The notes beneath the pieces were generated by a model. That model was not told the origin of the DNA, made no database searches, and saw only the letters and a program-made list of their open reading frames with translations. Both the position numbers and the translations under genes were made by a program. DNA of 64,000 bases from IMG/VR virus record IMGVR_UViG_3300000976_000009, positions 45,151 to 109,150 of that record, one strand, 5' to 3'. This DNA is from a virus. Of the stretch, positions 29,701 to 38,008 are shown piece by piece (positions within the stretch are counted from its first letter, which is position 1; every line of letters starts with the position of its first letter).

Positions 29701-32700
29701 CAATTCGATAGTGAGATTGTTAATGGTGAAAAGGTCATAACAAAAATTTATCCAGACACTAGGTCTACACTAAGTTTTGGTAAAATTCAAGCTTGTAATA
29801 GGTTTGATGAACAAGATAGTATATTAACAAAAAGGGTTAGTTCGAATGAAGATTCAGAATTAGGTGCTAATAAATCAGCTATTTACCAATCATTAACTGA
29901 TAGAGTGAATGTTAGTACACCATTCCTTGGATTTAAAGTATATGAACAAGTTCCATTAACTGATGAAGAAGATGCATTTAGTTCATTTGGGGCTTTCGAA
30001 CATTTCTCAACGTTTGGTAGTGACTTATACTATTCTCAAGATAATGAATACGCAAAGGCATACTTATTCTTACATAGTATACCATTTGATGGTATGGCAT
30101 TTAATCTTGAAGGTACTTTTGGGACATTAGGTAACTTATTTGATAGTAGTAATAGAGCCAATGGTTTATTTAGTAAATCAGTTCAATCATTCTTTAACCA
30201 GAGGGCTGGCTTTATTGAAATACCACATTCTTGGTTATTATTTTTAGGTGCAGTTATAAAAAGACAATGGAATTCTGGCATTGGTGGTGGTGAGTACGTT
30301 AAATTCCTTGATGATACTGATGGTTATTCATTAATACCATATATACCATCTGATGGACCTATACCAGCTAATAATGAATATTGTTTACCAGATTTAGCAA
30401 CAAATGAGGTATTCGGTTTTCAAAACAAACAAGGTGGTGTTGGTATTATTGGTGGAACAACTAGTGATTTTACTGAGGTTGAAAGAACAATTAGATTTTT
30501 ACCTTGGAACATTAAAAGAACTTTGGTTGATTATTTTGAAGATTGGGTTGAAGATGAAAGTACATCACTAGGTTGGGGTGCCATAAGAAATGAATTACAG
30601 TTATTTAATAATAGTACAACAAAATTAGATAGAATTGATTATTGGCAAACTTTCAGAACTAGATTAAGTAATGACCCTTTAGATTTATACACAGACCCAA
30701 TAGTAAATCCTAAAGCGGTATTTAATTATATTGTAATATCAAAAGATGAAAAACACCAAGATAGGTCATATTTACCAGGTGATGGTGGACAATTGATTAC
30801 TGATGTTAATTTAGCAAGTACTTCAACAATTGCTAGTACAGTAACAAAAAATGCAAATATGGGTACACCATTTAATTTTTTCTTAGAAATGAGAGATGAG
30901 AGTGATGCTGTTAATAAAATGTTTGATTTTTTAACAGCAACTAGAATTTGTGCAAATGCAAGTTGGAGACCTTGGGCGATGGATGCTGAGGTTCCAGTAC
31001 CAGGGATTAGACACCCATTTAGATTTGATAGGGATAAATTAGGAACATATGTTACTGGCTTCATAAAGGAGTTCATTGATTTACATACTGAGGATGATTC
31101 AGTCGATAAAGACTTGAAGTTAAAACAAGAGTTATTCCAATCAATTAATAATGATGATATTAAATTAAATATTTATAAAAACCTAAAATCAATTCACGAT
31201 AAATGGATTGCTGGTGGTATTAGTAGTTGTGGTGTAACTAGATTAATTGACCATTTTAAATTTATTGATAGGTCATATAGGGATATTAGTGATGAATTCA
31301 AAGTAAACCCATCTAATATGATGGAATATATGGTTAGAGATTATAACCAAAGTTTTTATGAATACACTGCTAGGGTTCTTACAGATAATAATTTTGATTT
31401 CATACCACTACCTAGTTGGGTTGATTATAATAGTAAGAAAGAGATTGAGAATGTATTTAATACTTATTCTTATGTTGACACACCTAAAAGTAGTGGTCCA
31501 CAATTTATTTGTATGTATATTGGTGAAAGGTCTAATAAGTTAGATTTAGGTAACCAAAGTCAATATGATAATGATGGTTTTGATTTCAAAATAAAAGATG
31601 GTGGTGTTGATGTATCAATTTTACCAGAAGACTTAACTTCACCAAAATCTGGTGATAGAAGTAAGGTACCAGTATTTTTAGTTAAATACAGTGACCCAAA
31701 TCAAAGTGTTTTTAAAGGGTTCAAATTAGACCAAAGTGAATTTACTGAGACAGATGAATCATTACAAGTTATTGATGATATAGCTAATAAAGGTGGTCCT
31801 AATCAAGCTTCTGGTGTTGGTCAAAATTTATTTGATATTTACAATACTAGGTCTTATTCAGCTGAAATAGAAATGATGGGTAACGCACAAATTCAACCAT
31901 TGATGTATTTCCAATTGAGTAGTGTACCTATGTTCCACGGAGCATATACAATTATTAAGGTTTCACACGTTATTAAACCAAATACGATGTCTACAACATT
32001 TAAGGGTGTTAGAATACGTCACGTAAAGACTAAGATGGTTGATGACACTACAATATTTATGAATTTAATTGGTTCATTAACAGATGTTCAATTTAGTTCA
32101 GCCGATTTAGATGATTTAAGTAAATCAGTTGATGAGGATGCTGGAAAAGGTGGTGTATCAAATACTCAAGGTGGTGTTAGATTATCTGAGCATAGAAATT
32201 TAACTGGCACAGGTGGTCCAGGTCAGCCAGATTGGTCTGGTTGTATAACTTATCCATTAAAACAAGGAAATGGTGTTAAAGTACAAGATAAATTTAAATT
32301 AAATCGTGCATTAAACGGTAAAAAAAGTGGTATAATTTCACCATATTGTCTTGAAGAAGTTGGTAAATATATTGAGAAAGTTGGTTCAATGTGGAATAGT
32401 CGTAGTAAAAACAAAACACATGGTGATACAATTTGGTTTAATGATTTATCATTATATGGTGGTGGCGATATTGTTGGGCATTCAACACATGAAACAGGTT
32501 TAAGTATTGATATAAGACAAGTTAGGGTTGATAAAGAAAATAAAGGTGTTTATGTTTTTAGTAAATATACTAGTGGAAGTTGCCCAAAACCAACTACCAC
32601 AACATTACACCCAAAATATGATAGAGCTGCAACAATAGAATTTATTGAATTATTATTAGATGAAGCTTTGGTCACCAATGGTTTTAGAGACCCAAATAAA

Positions 32701-33471
32701 CAAATTGTTAGGATAATTTATTTTAATGACCCAGAGGTTATAAATCATTTCAAGAACTATAAAGGTTATAATAGAAATATGGTTAAAGAAAGTTGTGGTC
32801 ACCACCACCACTTACATGTTGAATTTAATTTACCAGATAGGATAGCTGATGATGAAGTAAATGATTATATTATTTGTAAAGAACAATTACCTGTATCACC
32901 AAGTACTGCTGATGATGGTATGGTTGGTCATTTGAATGATATGCCAGATATATTAACAAGTTTGGGTTATCAAAAAGGTGGAATTGTGCATGAGATGGCT
33001 ATGATTATTGCTAGAAAAGAAGGTTATGGTTCAAAAAATGAAGGTAATAGACCAAGAAGGAATAATAATCCAGGTAATCTAGTTGGAACTAACTTCAAAG
33101 ACATCGACCCAAATGTAAGTATAGAGGTAGCATCTAAACCAATATTTGCTAAATTTAGTAAGAAAGAATTAGGTGTTCAAGCATTAACTGATAAGAAAAT
33201 TATACAATGGGCAAATGGTGGATATCCATCAACCAAAACAAATGGTAGTAGTTCTAATGCTAAAGCATTCCAAAACAAATATAATGTCCCACAAGGTGTT
33301 AGAGGTATTGGTGGCTCTGGTAAACCAATGACTATTGAGCAGTTTATGTACACATACGCTCCACCAAACGAAAATAATACTGAAAGATATGTTAAGAGTG
33401 TTGTAGATGCATTAAATGCAAATGGTTTAGGGGTAAATAGGACATCAGTAATAAAAGATTATATCACATAA
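26710..33471 (+). CDS. Baseplate hub (gp27-like) fused to MepA-like endopeptidase and lysozyme-like domains
   Basis: N-terminal GITGIKIDFNSSYAPLITINFTD; SAEIEMMGNAQIQP...YTIIKVSHVI; GHSTHETGLSID/HHHLHV; RNNNPGN...YAPPNENNT. Confidence 0.7.
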   Translation: MGNRKSNINPASYEGGKVILVDPNPENREIVTPEDLSISVKLRTIKRERSSIVVDSSTDASIATVKTGDNGGVINFIGGSKTGDDRSLTTHYTELNTDFNKTNGDLETLGITGIKIDFNSSYAPLITINFTDIRGKLFEMGNDSPYSVFFNLPYPIFELTIKGYYGKAVTYCLHLTKFNGKLNDKTGNYEISTQFVGYTFAFLADMLMGYLRAVPYTPCGLDQIEKKNLETVTTANGVYTNTFFTFDELQDGILNLNIELLKLKHDDPKIAALALAENTIVSLETLKETIRDLLNNVTKDTKIIRTYGNFVISAKKPSGTTTQKVTNAENAFNRTIKLRISEINDTLTTKYQLNENTYKIINNQTKFNRVKQSDFGSNEYDAYILLMEEAQNVERQIPKLMDEKEEGADEYDKFKDFVKATPETNDEFVIYDMSRALDDLTEKITSLKNDTSATKEEVADEFGEVIADTLGKTDEYGDPILPFEPTVLNFFKILSDHVDIFMTCLRDLASSIELDPNKRKKDLEKVVGGLDIVKGDTNIENLKPWPDYKEKDDKVNGYVDKWIGNKAPTMPEVQFVEDMLSGLLKAKQRDNEFLNKLDLGFPNWYPVNPFDTSLFTSFENPWKSVEDKDDAEVIRLMLLRGITFIGFSHRGGLTDKEIRAMARIEANNAYTSIKNQEIKDSIRYYNEKNDVRDIVDEVVNEALFGKTEWKNYAKALNGNSILNKEYTTYTPQVAGFNVDISLFGYQIAGGTQTIRFHEYIYVPSFESYTTVDAAVQAQEDAKIFEPIWDKDEIAQFIPLYNPNNDNRLYGGGYLAVKSSEDAYWGDQSDNNTLVTNAERIKLRDDEGAIFFSNYLGGNGGGTDGREDDGSTWFEILDGFGNDSDYYRQPDLNFPSYGDRILEEEGLSRSPVATLENSYGFLWNSDNVSENTSVFGGLHKTHEFINAKVDGEYMVAGQTDIPAALMFYTNTTSGRPIFTGSRTLGVGGVKVAYSQYDIQFDSEIVNGEKVITKIYPDTRSTLSFGKIQACNRFDEQDSILTKRVSSNEDSELGANKSAIYQSLTDRVNVSTPFLGFKVYEQVPLTDEEDAFSSFGAFEHFSTFGSDLYYSQDNEYAKAYLFLHSIPFDGMAFNLEGTFGTLGNLFDSSNRANGLFSKSVQSFFNQRAGFIEIPHSWLLFLGAVIKRQWNSGIGGGEYVKFLDDTDGYSLIPYIPSDGPIPANNEYCLPDLATNEVFGFQNKQGGVGIIGGTTSDFTEVERTIRFLPWNIKRTLVDYFEDWVEDESTSLGWGAIRNELQLFNNSTTKLDRIDYWQTFRTRLSNDPLDLYTDPIVNPKAVFNYIVISKDEKHQDRSYLPGDGGQLITDVNLASTSTIASTVTKNANMGTPFNFFLEMRDESDAVNKMFDFLTATRICANASWRPWAMDAEVPVPGIRHPFRFDRDKLGTYVTGFIKEFIDLHTEDDSVDKDLKLKQELFQSINNDDIKLNIYKNLKSIHDKWIAGGISSCGVTRLIDHFKFIDRSYRDISDEFKVNPSNMMEYMVRDYNQSFYEYTARVLTDNNFDFIPLPSWVDYNSKKEIENVFNTYSYVDTPKSSGPQFICMYIGERSNKLDLGNQSQYDNDGFDFKIKDGGVDVSILPEDLTSPKSGDRSKVPVFLVKYSDPNQSVFKGFKLDQSEFTETDESLQVIDDIANKGGPNQASGVGQNLFDIYNTRSYSAEIEMMGNAQIQPLMYFQLSSVPMFHGAYTIIKVSHVIKPNTMSTTFKGVRIRHVKTKMVDDTTIFMNLIGSLTDVQFSSADLDDLSKSVDEDAGKGGVSNTQGGVRLSEHRNLTGTGGPGQPDWSGCITYPLKQGNGVKVQDKFKLNRALNGKKSGIISPYCLEEVGKYIEKVGSMWNSRSKNKTHGDTIWFNDLSLYGGGDIVGHSTHETGLSIDIRQVRVDKENKGVYVFSKYTSGSCPKPTTTTLHPKYDRAATIEFIELLLDEALVTNGFRDPNKQIVRIIYFNDPEVINHFKNYKGYNRNMVKESCGHHHHLHVEFNLPDRIADDEVNDYIICKEQLPVSPSTADDGMVGHLNDMPDILTSLGYQKGGIVHEMAMIIARKEGYGSKNEGNRPRRNNNPGNLVGTNFKDIDPNVSIEVASKPIFAKFSKKELGVQALTDKKIIQWANGGYPSTKTNGSSSNAKAFQNKYNVPQGVRGIGGSGKPMTIEQFMYTYAPPNENNTERYVKSVVDALNANGLGVNRTSVIKDYIT

Positions 33472-33473
33472 TT

Positions 33474-33505
33474 TTTGTATAAAATTTTAATTTTTAGTAT
33501 CTTTG
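33474..33505 (+). promoter_or_regulatory. Bacteroidota-type promoter TTTG-N20-TATCTTTG
   Basis: Exact consensus ending 5 nt before ATG 33511. Confidence 0.65.
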
Positions 33506-33510
33506 TAGAT

Positions 33511-34113
33511 ATGAAGATTGGAAATATAGTTTCAAACACCCCTTTAAAGGTGGGTGAAGAGTTTAATTTAGTGAATTCCCTTGATGAAGTAATCAAGGGA
33601 ATTCCGACTCTTATTGTTGGTTATTCAATAGTTAAAGAAAATTTTGGTGATGATTTAGATTTTATAGAAAGGGAAGTTAATGGTATCCATTGGACATTTA
33701 CAAAAGAAGAACAAAAGAAATATCATATCCCAGATTTAAATAGGTTTATTGATTATTGTTTCTATAGATGTGTAGAAGATGTAACATACATTTTTGTTGA
33801 CCCAATTCAATACTCTCGTAATAAAATGAAAAAAATAATCAACAAGATTAATTCAATTAAAAATCCTATAACATATGTGACTGAAAAGAATATGTTATAT
33901 GTTTTTGGTGAAAATTTAATATTTGGTATTGACTTAAAACTGATTAACTACATCGGAATCGATGATGTTAAAATTAAATCTCGTTTAAAGTTAACATCTA
34001 AAGCGTTTTTGCAAGGAAATGAAATACTTATAGAATATAAAGAATATTTGGAAAGGTTAAAAAACCAACACAAGTATATCCCCCTTTTATACTCTATAAG
34101 CAAAGATGAATAA
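33511..34113 (+). CDS. Hypothetical protein (likely start 33511, MKIGNIV)
   Basis: The upstream TTG start in the ORF track overlaps the promoter; the ATG follows it. Confidence 0.65.
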   Translation: MKIGNIVSNTPLKVGEEFNLVNSLDEVIKGIPTLIVGYSIVKENFGDDLDFIEREVNGIHWTFTKEEQKKYHIPDLNRFIDYCFYRCVEDVTYIFVDPIQYSRNKMKKIINKINSIKNPITYVTEKNMLYVFGENLIFGIDLKLINYIGIDDVKIKSRLKLTSKAFLQGNEILIEYKEYLERLKNQHKYIPLLYSISKDE

Positions 34114-34510
34114 AACAATACTATTAGCAACATTTATTTTCCCAGAGAGGTTAGAATGGTTTCTAGATTATCTGGAAAATAAATTTAATATTCCTAAAGA
34201 AAAAGTGTTTATATTTCAAAATCTGGATGATGAGTCTAAAGTTATTGTTACATTCAAGTTAGTTCTGATTAATGGAAAGAGAATCAACCTAAAGAAATAC
34301 TTCCCAAATGCTATCCCTATCCATAAGAAGGGTACAGCTATTTATACAATTAATGCACTTAATAAGTTAATTGAGAAAGAGACTGGACTAGAAGCTGGTA
34401 ATATTGATTATAAAAATCATAGAATAGAATGGGATAAATATCAAGATAGTTTAATACTGAACAATAACAACAAACTTACTATTTATAGGATTAAGCGTGT
34501 TTTTCTGTAA
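34106..34510 (+). CDS. Hypothetical protein
   Basis: 134 aa, overlaps the upstream stop. Confidence 0.7.
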   Translation: MNKTILLATFIFPERLEWFLDYLENKFNIPKEKVFIFQNLDDESKVIVTFKLVLINGKRINLKKYFPNAIPIHKKGTAIYTINALNKLIEKETGLEAGNIDYKNHRIEWDKYQDSLILNNNNKLTIYRIKRVFL

Positions 34511-34556
34511 TTTCTTAATATTTATTAGTATAACAACTACTAGTAAAACAAATGTT

Positions 34557-34736
34557 ATGAATGACGATAAAAAGAAAAAAGACCTTGATAAAAAATTAGA
34601 TTCATTTTTACAAGGGCAACCAGATGTGGATTGCACAGGTGACGAGTGTGTTATTAAAACAGATAAAAGCTTAGTCGAAAGAATCAATAAGAAAATAATC
34701 ACCGATGATGGTACGGGTAGAGAATTATTAATGTAA
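34557..34736 (+). CDS. Small hypothetical protein (likely start 34557, MNDDKKK)
   Basis: TATTTAT at 34519-34525 precedes this ATG; 59 aa. Confidence 0.6.
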   Translation: MNDDKKKKDLDKKLDSFLQGQPDVDCTGDECVIKTDKSLVERINKKIITDDGTGRELLM

Positions 34737-34740
34737 TCAA

Positions 34741-35556
34741 ATGAAGAAGAAATTTAATAAAGAACTTCTAAATGAGGAATTGAAAAGATTCAATCAAATC
34801 AATGAGTATGATTTTTATATTGGGGAAGATGAAGAAGAGTACAATGATTCAGATAATTTAATCCTAGGTGAAGAAGGTGATGAAGAAGAATTACCAGATG
34901 ACCTACCAGCAGATGATTCACAAACAGCAGATGCTGGTGGTGATGATATTTCAGATTTAGAGGGTAACGATGAAATGAGTGACCTAGATACTGGTGAAGA
35001 ATTACCAGCAGATGATATGAGTGGTGAGGAAATTCCAGCAGATGGAATGGAACCAGCAGATGGAATGGAACCAGCAGATGGATTTGGCGATGAAGAACTA
35101 CCAGATGAACCAGTAGAAGATGAGGTTGAATTAGATGTAACCGAATTAGTAAGTGGTACAGAAGAGGCAAAACAAAGTGCTGACATGGCAAACCAAAAGT
35201 TAGACCAACTTATGGGTGCATTAGACCAATTAGACCAAAAAATGGCATCAATGGATGGTATCACACATAAAATTGATAATTTAGAAAATGAATTAGAAAA
35301 GAGAGCCCCAACTCCAGATGAAAAATTAGAGATGAGGTCATTAGATTCATACCCATACAATCTTAAGCTTACAGATTTTTGGTCTGAAAAAGAAGGTCAA
35401 TACGATGTTATGGGTGTTAATGATGAAAGTCAAGAAGAAGCTGAACCTAAAGAATATACGCTAACCCAAGATGATGTTAATAGCGATTATAATGAATCAT
35501 CTATTAAATCAACTTTTAATGATGATTCCGAATATGAGGAAGAAGACATTATGTAA
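34741..35556 (+). CDS. Highly acidic protein with LLNE leader (possible prohead core/scaffold-like)
   Basis: D/E-rich, coiled-coil segment, ELLNEELKRF N-terminus. Confidence 0.55.
   Translation: MKKKFNKELLNEELKRFNQINEYDFYIGEDEEEYNDSDNLILGEEGDEEELPDDLPADDSQTADAGGDDISDLEGNDEMSDLDTGEELPADDMSGEEIPADGMEPADGMEPADGFGDEELPDEPVEDEVELDVTELVSGTEEAKQSADMANQKLDQLMGALDQLDQKMASMDGITHKIDNLENELEKRAPTPDEKLEMRSLDSYPYNLKLTDFWSEKEGQYDVMGVNDESQEEAEPKEYTLTQDDVNSDYNESSIKSTFNDDSEYEEEDIM
35035..35082 (+). repeat. 18-bp tandem repeat CCAGCAGATGGAATGGAA (about 2.7 copies; PADGME)
   Basis: Read directly at 35035, 35053 and 35071. Confidence 0.9.
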
Positions 35557-35576
35557 TTAATAATATAAAATAATTT

Positions 35577-35612
35577 AAAAGACACAATTAGAGATGATTG
35601 TGTCTTTTTTTT
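35577..35612 (+). terminator. Rho-independent terminator
   Basis: AAAAGACACAAT-N8-ATTGTGTCTTTTTTTT. Confidence 0.8.
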
Positions 35613-35733
35613 GTTATAAAAATAAATTTTTTAATTAAAAACCTTGTGTAATAGAAAAAAACCCAGTTATTTTGCAGTAAATCAATTGGGATAAAAAGAA
35701 CTAAATTTTTATTTAAAAAAGTTCTAAAATCAC

Positions 35734-35763
35734 TTGACATTTTACCGTTTTTTATTATAATTG
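35734..35763 (+). promoter_or_regulatory. Early/middle promoter for the replication block: TTGACA-N16-TATAAT(TG)
   Basis: TTGACA 35734-35739 and TATAAT 35756-35761; also fits TTG-N19-TAnnTTTG with one mismatch. Confidence 0.65.
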
Positions 35764-35782
35764 AGATATAACAAGTTATACT

Positions 35783-35841
35783 TAAAAACAAACCAAAAAG
35801 TAAAACAAATAATAAGATAGTTAAACTAAAAACAAACCAAA
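35783..35841 (+). repeat. 15-nt direct repeat TAAAAACAAACCAAA x2 in the SSB leader
   Basis: Copies at 35783-35797 and 35827-35841. Confidence 0.85.
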
Positions 35842-35843
35842 CT

Positions 35844-36770
35844 ATGAGTAATTTAGATGCGATATTGAAACAATATCAAAATAACACAAGCAATGCTTCA
35901 AAAAGAATGACGAATGAGGAAAGACTTAAACAGTACTTCACAACTTTCCTACCAGATGGTGTCAATAGCTTAGTGAAAAAAGTTAGAATCCTACCAGTTG
36001 GAGAAAATGAATCTCCTTTTGTGGAAATCATGGGTCATAAAGCTCAAGTTAATGGGCAATGGAGAACATTCATTTGTCCTAAACACGAGAAAGATGAAGA
36101 TTGTCCATTTTGTGAAGCACGTAGTGCATTATTAGCAACAGGGGATGATGCGGACAAACAACTAGCTAAGAATTATTCGGCTAGAAAAATGTACGTAGTT
36201 AAAGTAATTGATAGAGCACATGAGGATGAAGGTCCAAAGTTCTGGAGATTCAACCACGATTACAGAAAGACTGGAATATTTGATAAAATTTTCGGTGTAT
36301 TACAAGCAATTTCTGATTCGACAGCTCCAAATATTATGGATGCTCAGAACGGTAGAGACTTGGTAATTACAATCGCTAGAGACCAAAACGGAAGACCAAC
36401 TGTTAACTCTATTGTACAAGGGGACCCATCACCATTACATTCAGATGCTGAAACTGCAACTAACTGGATTAATAATGATAAATCTTGGGAAGATGTGTAC
36501 AGTGTTAAACCTTATTCTTACTTAGAAATCATCGTTAAAGGTGGTGAACCAACATGGAAGAAGAATGCTAACGGTGAAGGTGGAGAATGGGTTGATAAGA
36601 ATGCCACACCAGAGGATGTTGTTGATGATTCAGCGGATGAATTAACAATTGGTGCTGATGTTGCTAAAGAAGATTCCCCTTCTGCTGAAACAACTACAGA
36701 AGAACCAGCTACAACAGGTAGTGGTGAAGCATCAACTTCTACGGAAGAAGATGATGATTTACCATTTTAA
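35844..36770 (+). CDS. Single-stranded DNA-binding protein, T4 gp32-like
   Basis: VRILP, Zn-like H...C...CPFC, GRDLVITI and an acidic tail ending DDDLPF. Confidence 0.88.
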   Translation: MSNLDAILKQYQNNTSNASKRMTNEERLKQYFTTFLPDGVNSLVKKVRILPVGENESPFVEIMGHKAQVNGQWRTFICPKHEKDEDCPFCEARSALLATGDDADKQLAKNYSARKMYVVKVIDRAHEDEGPKFWRFNHDYRKTGIFDKIFGVLQAISDSTAPNIMDAQNGRDLVITIARDQNGRPTVNSIVQGDPSPLHSDAETATNWINNDKSWEDVYSVKPYSYLEIIVKGGEPTWKKNANGEGGEWVDKNATPEDVVDDSADELTIGADVAKEDSPSAETTTEEPATTGSGEASTSTEEDDDLPF

Positions 36771-36785
36771 TTAAAGAGAAAATAT

Positions 36786-36821
36786 GGGTGGGTCTTTTAG
36801 ATACCACCCTTATTTTTTTTT
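36786..36821 (+). terminator. Terminator/attenuator after the SSB gene
   Basis: GGGTGG...CCACCC stem followed by a T-tract. Confidence 0.6.
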
Positions 36822-36853
36822 GTCTGAAAAATAATATATAATAATAACCAATA

Positions 36854-37960
36854 ATGATGGCGAAAAAAGGACCAAAAAAAACAATTAAAAAAGATGACTT
36901 CGATTTAGATGCATTTTTAACTGGTGAGGGTTTAGATTCTGAACCAAATGATAAACCACTTTCATGGATACCACTAAAAAAGCCGTGGTTTGATGCACTA
37001 AACATACCTGGTTTTCCTAGAGGTTTTGTTAGTTTGGTTAGAGGGTATTCTAATACTGGAAAATCAACTGCATTTTATGAAACAATTGCTGGGGCACAAA
37101 AGATAGGGGATTTTCCAATTGTTATAGAAACAGAAGGTAACTGGAACTGGAAACATGCACAGCAATGTGGTGTTAAATTTAAAGAAGTTGTTGATGAAAC
37201 AACGGGTGAAGTAACAGTTAAACCAGATGGTTTCATGTTAATGAGGAATCATGATTTATACCAAAGATATAAGAATTATGACCACAAGGATTGTAAAATG
37301 ACTTCAAAGGCAACTAGAGGTGAACCAGTTATTGAAGATGTGTCATTATTCATTAGTGAGATGATTCAAAAACAAGAAGATGGACAATTCCCAAGAAATT
37401 TAGTTTTCGTATGGGATTCAATCGGAACACTAAATTGTTATAAATCTGCGGTTTCCAACGCAAGTAATAATATGTGGAATGCTGGGGCAATGGGTGCCTT
37501 CCAAGCAATTGTTAACTTTAAAATACCATCAAGTAGGAGTGTAGATAATGAATTTACTAATTCATTTATTTGTGTACAAAAGGTTTGGTTAGATAGTATG
37601 AATGGTACTGTAATTAAACACAAAGGTGGGGAATTTATGTACTTCAACTCTAGAATTATTGTACACTTAGGTGGTATATTAACACATGGGACTAAGAATT
37701 TGAAAGCAACATCATTAGGGCAAAATTTCCAATACGGAATTGAAACTAAAGCGAAATGTGTTAAGAACCATATTAATGGTATTGAAAAAGAGGGTAAATT
37801 AGCCTCAACCCCATTTGGATTTGCTAATCCAGATGAATTAGGTGAGTGGAAAAAAGAACATCGTGACTTTATCCATCAATCTTTAAGCGTACCTTACGAT
37901 GCTGTAATTGATTATACAGAAGAAGAAGGTAAAATGGGTGATGAGGATATCAAAGAATAA
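36854..37960 (+). CDS. recA: RecA/UvsX-like recombinase
   Basis: Walker A GYSNTGKST, IETEG, Walker B VWDSIG, KGGEFMYFNSRII. Confidence 0.85.
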   Translation: MMAKKGPKKTIKKDDFDLDAFLTGEGLDSEPNDKPLSWIPLKKPWFDALNIPGFPRGFVSLVRGYSNTGKSTAFYETIAGAQKIGDFPIVIETEGNWNWKHAQQCGVKFKEVVDETTGEVTVKPDGFMLMRNHDLYQRYKNYDHKDCKMTSKATRGEPVIEDVSLFISEMIQKQEDGQFPRNLVFVWDSIGTLNCYKSAVSNASNNMWNAGAMGAFQAIVNFKIPSSRSVDNEFTNSFICVQKVWLDSMNGTVIKHKGGEFMYFNSRIIVHLGGILTHGTKNLKATSLGQNFQYGIETKAKCVKNHINGIEKEGKLASTPFGFANPDELGEWKKEHRDFIHQSLSVPYDAVIDYTEEEGKMGDEDIKE

Positions 37961-38008
37961 TTCACCACAGTAAGTAAAATTTAGTATTAACCCTTTAAAT
38001 GGGATAGA

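Noticed and set aside
11454-33471. Bacterial contractile injection system or tailocin
   Set aside because: Neck genes and a full phage replication module are present.
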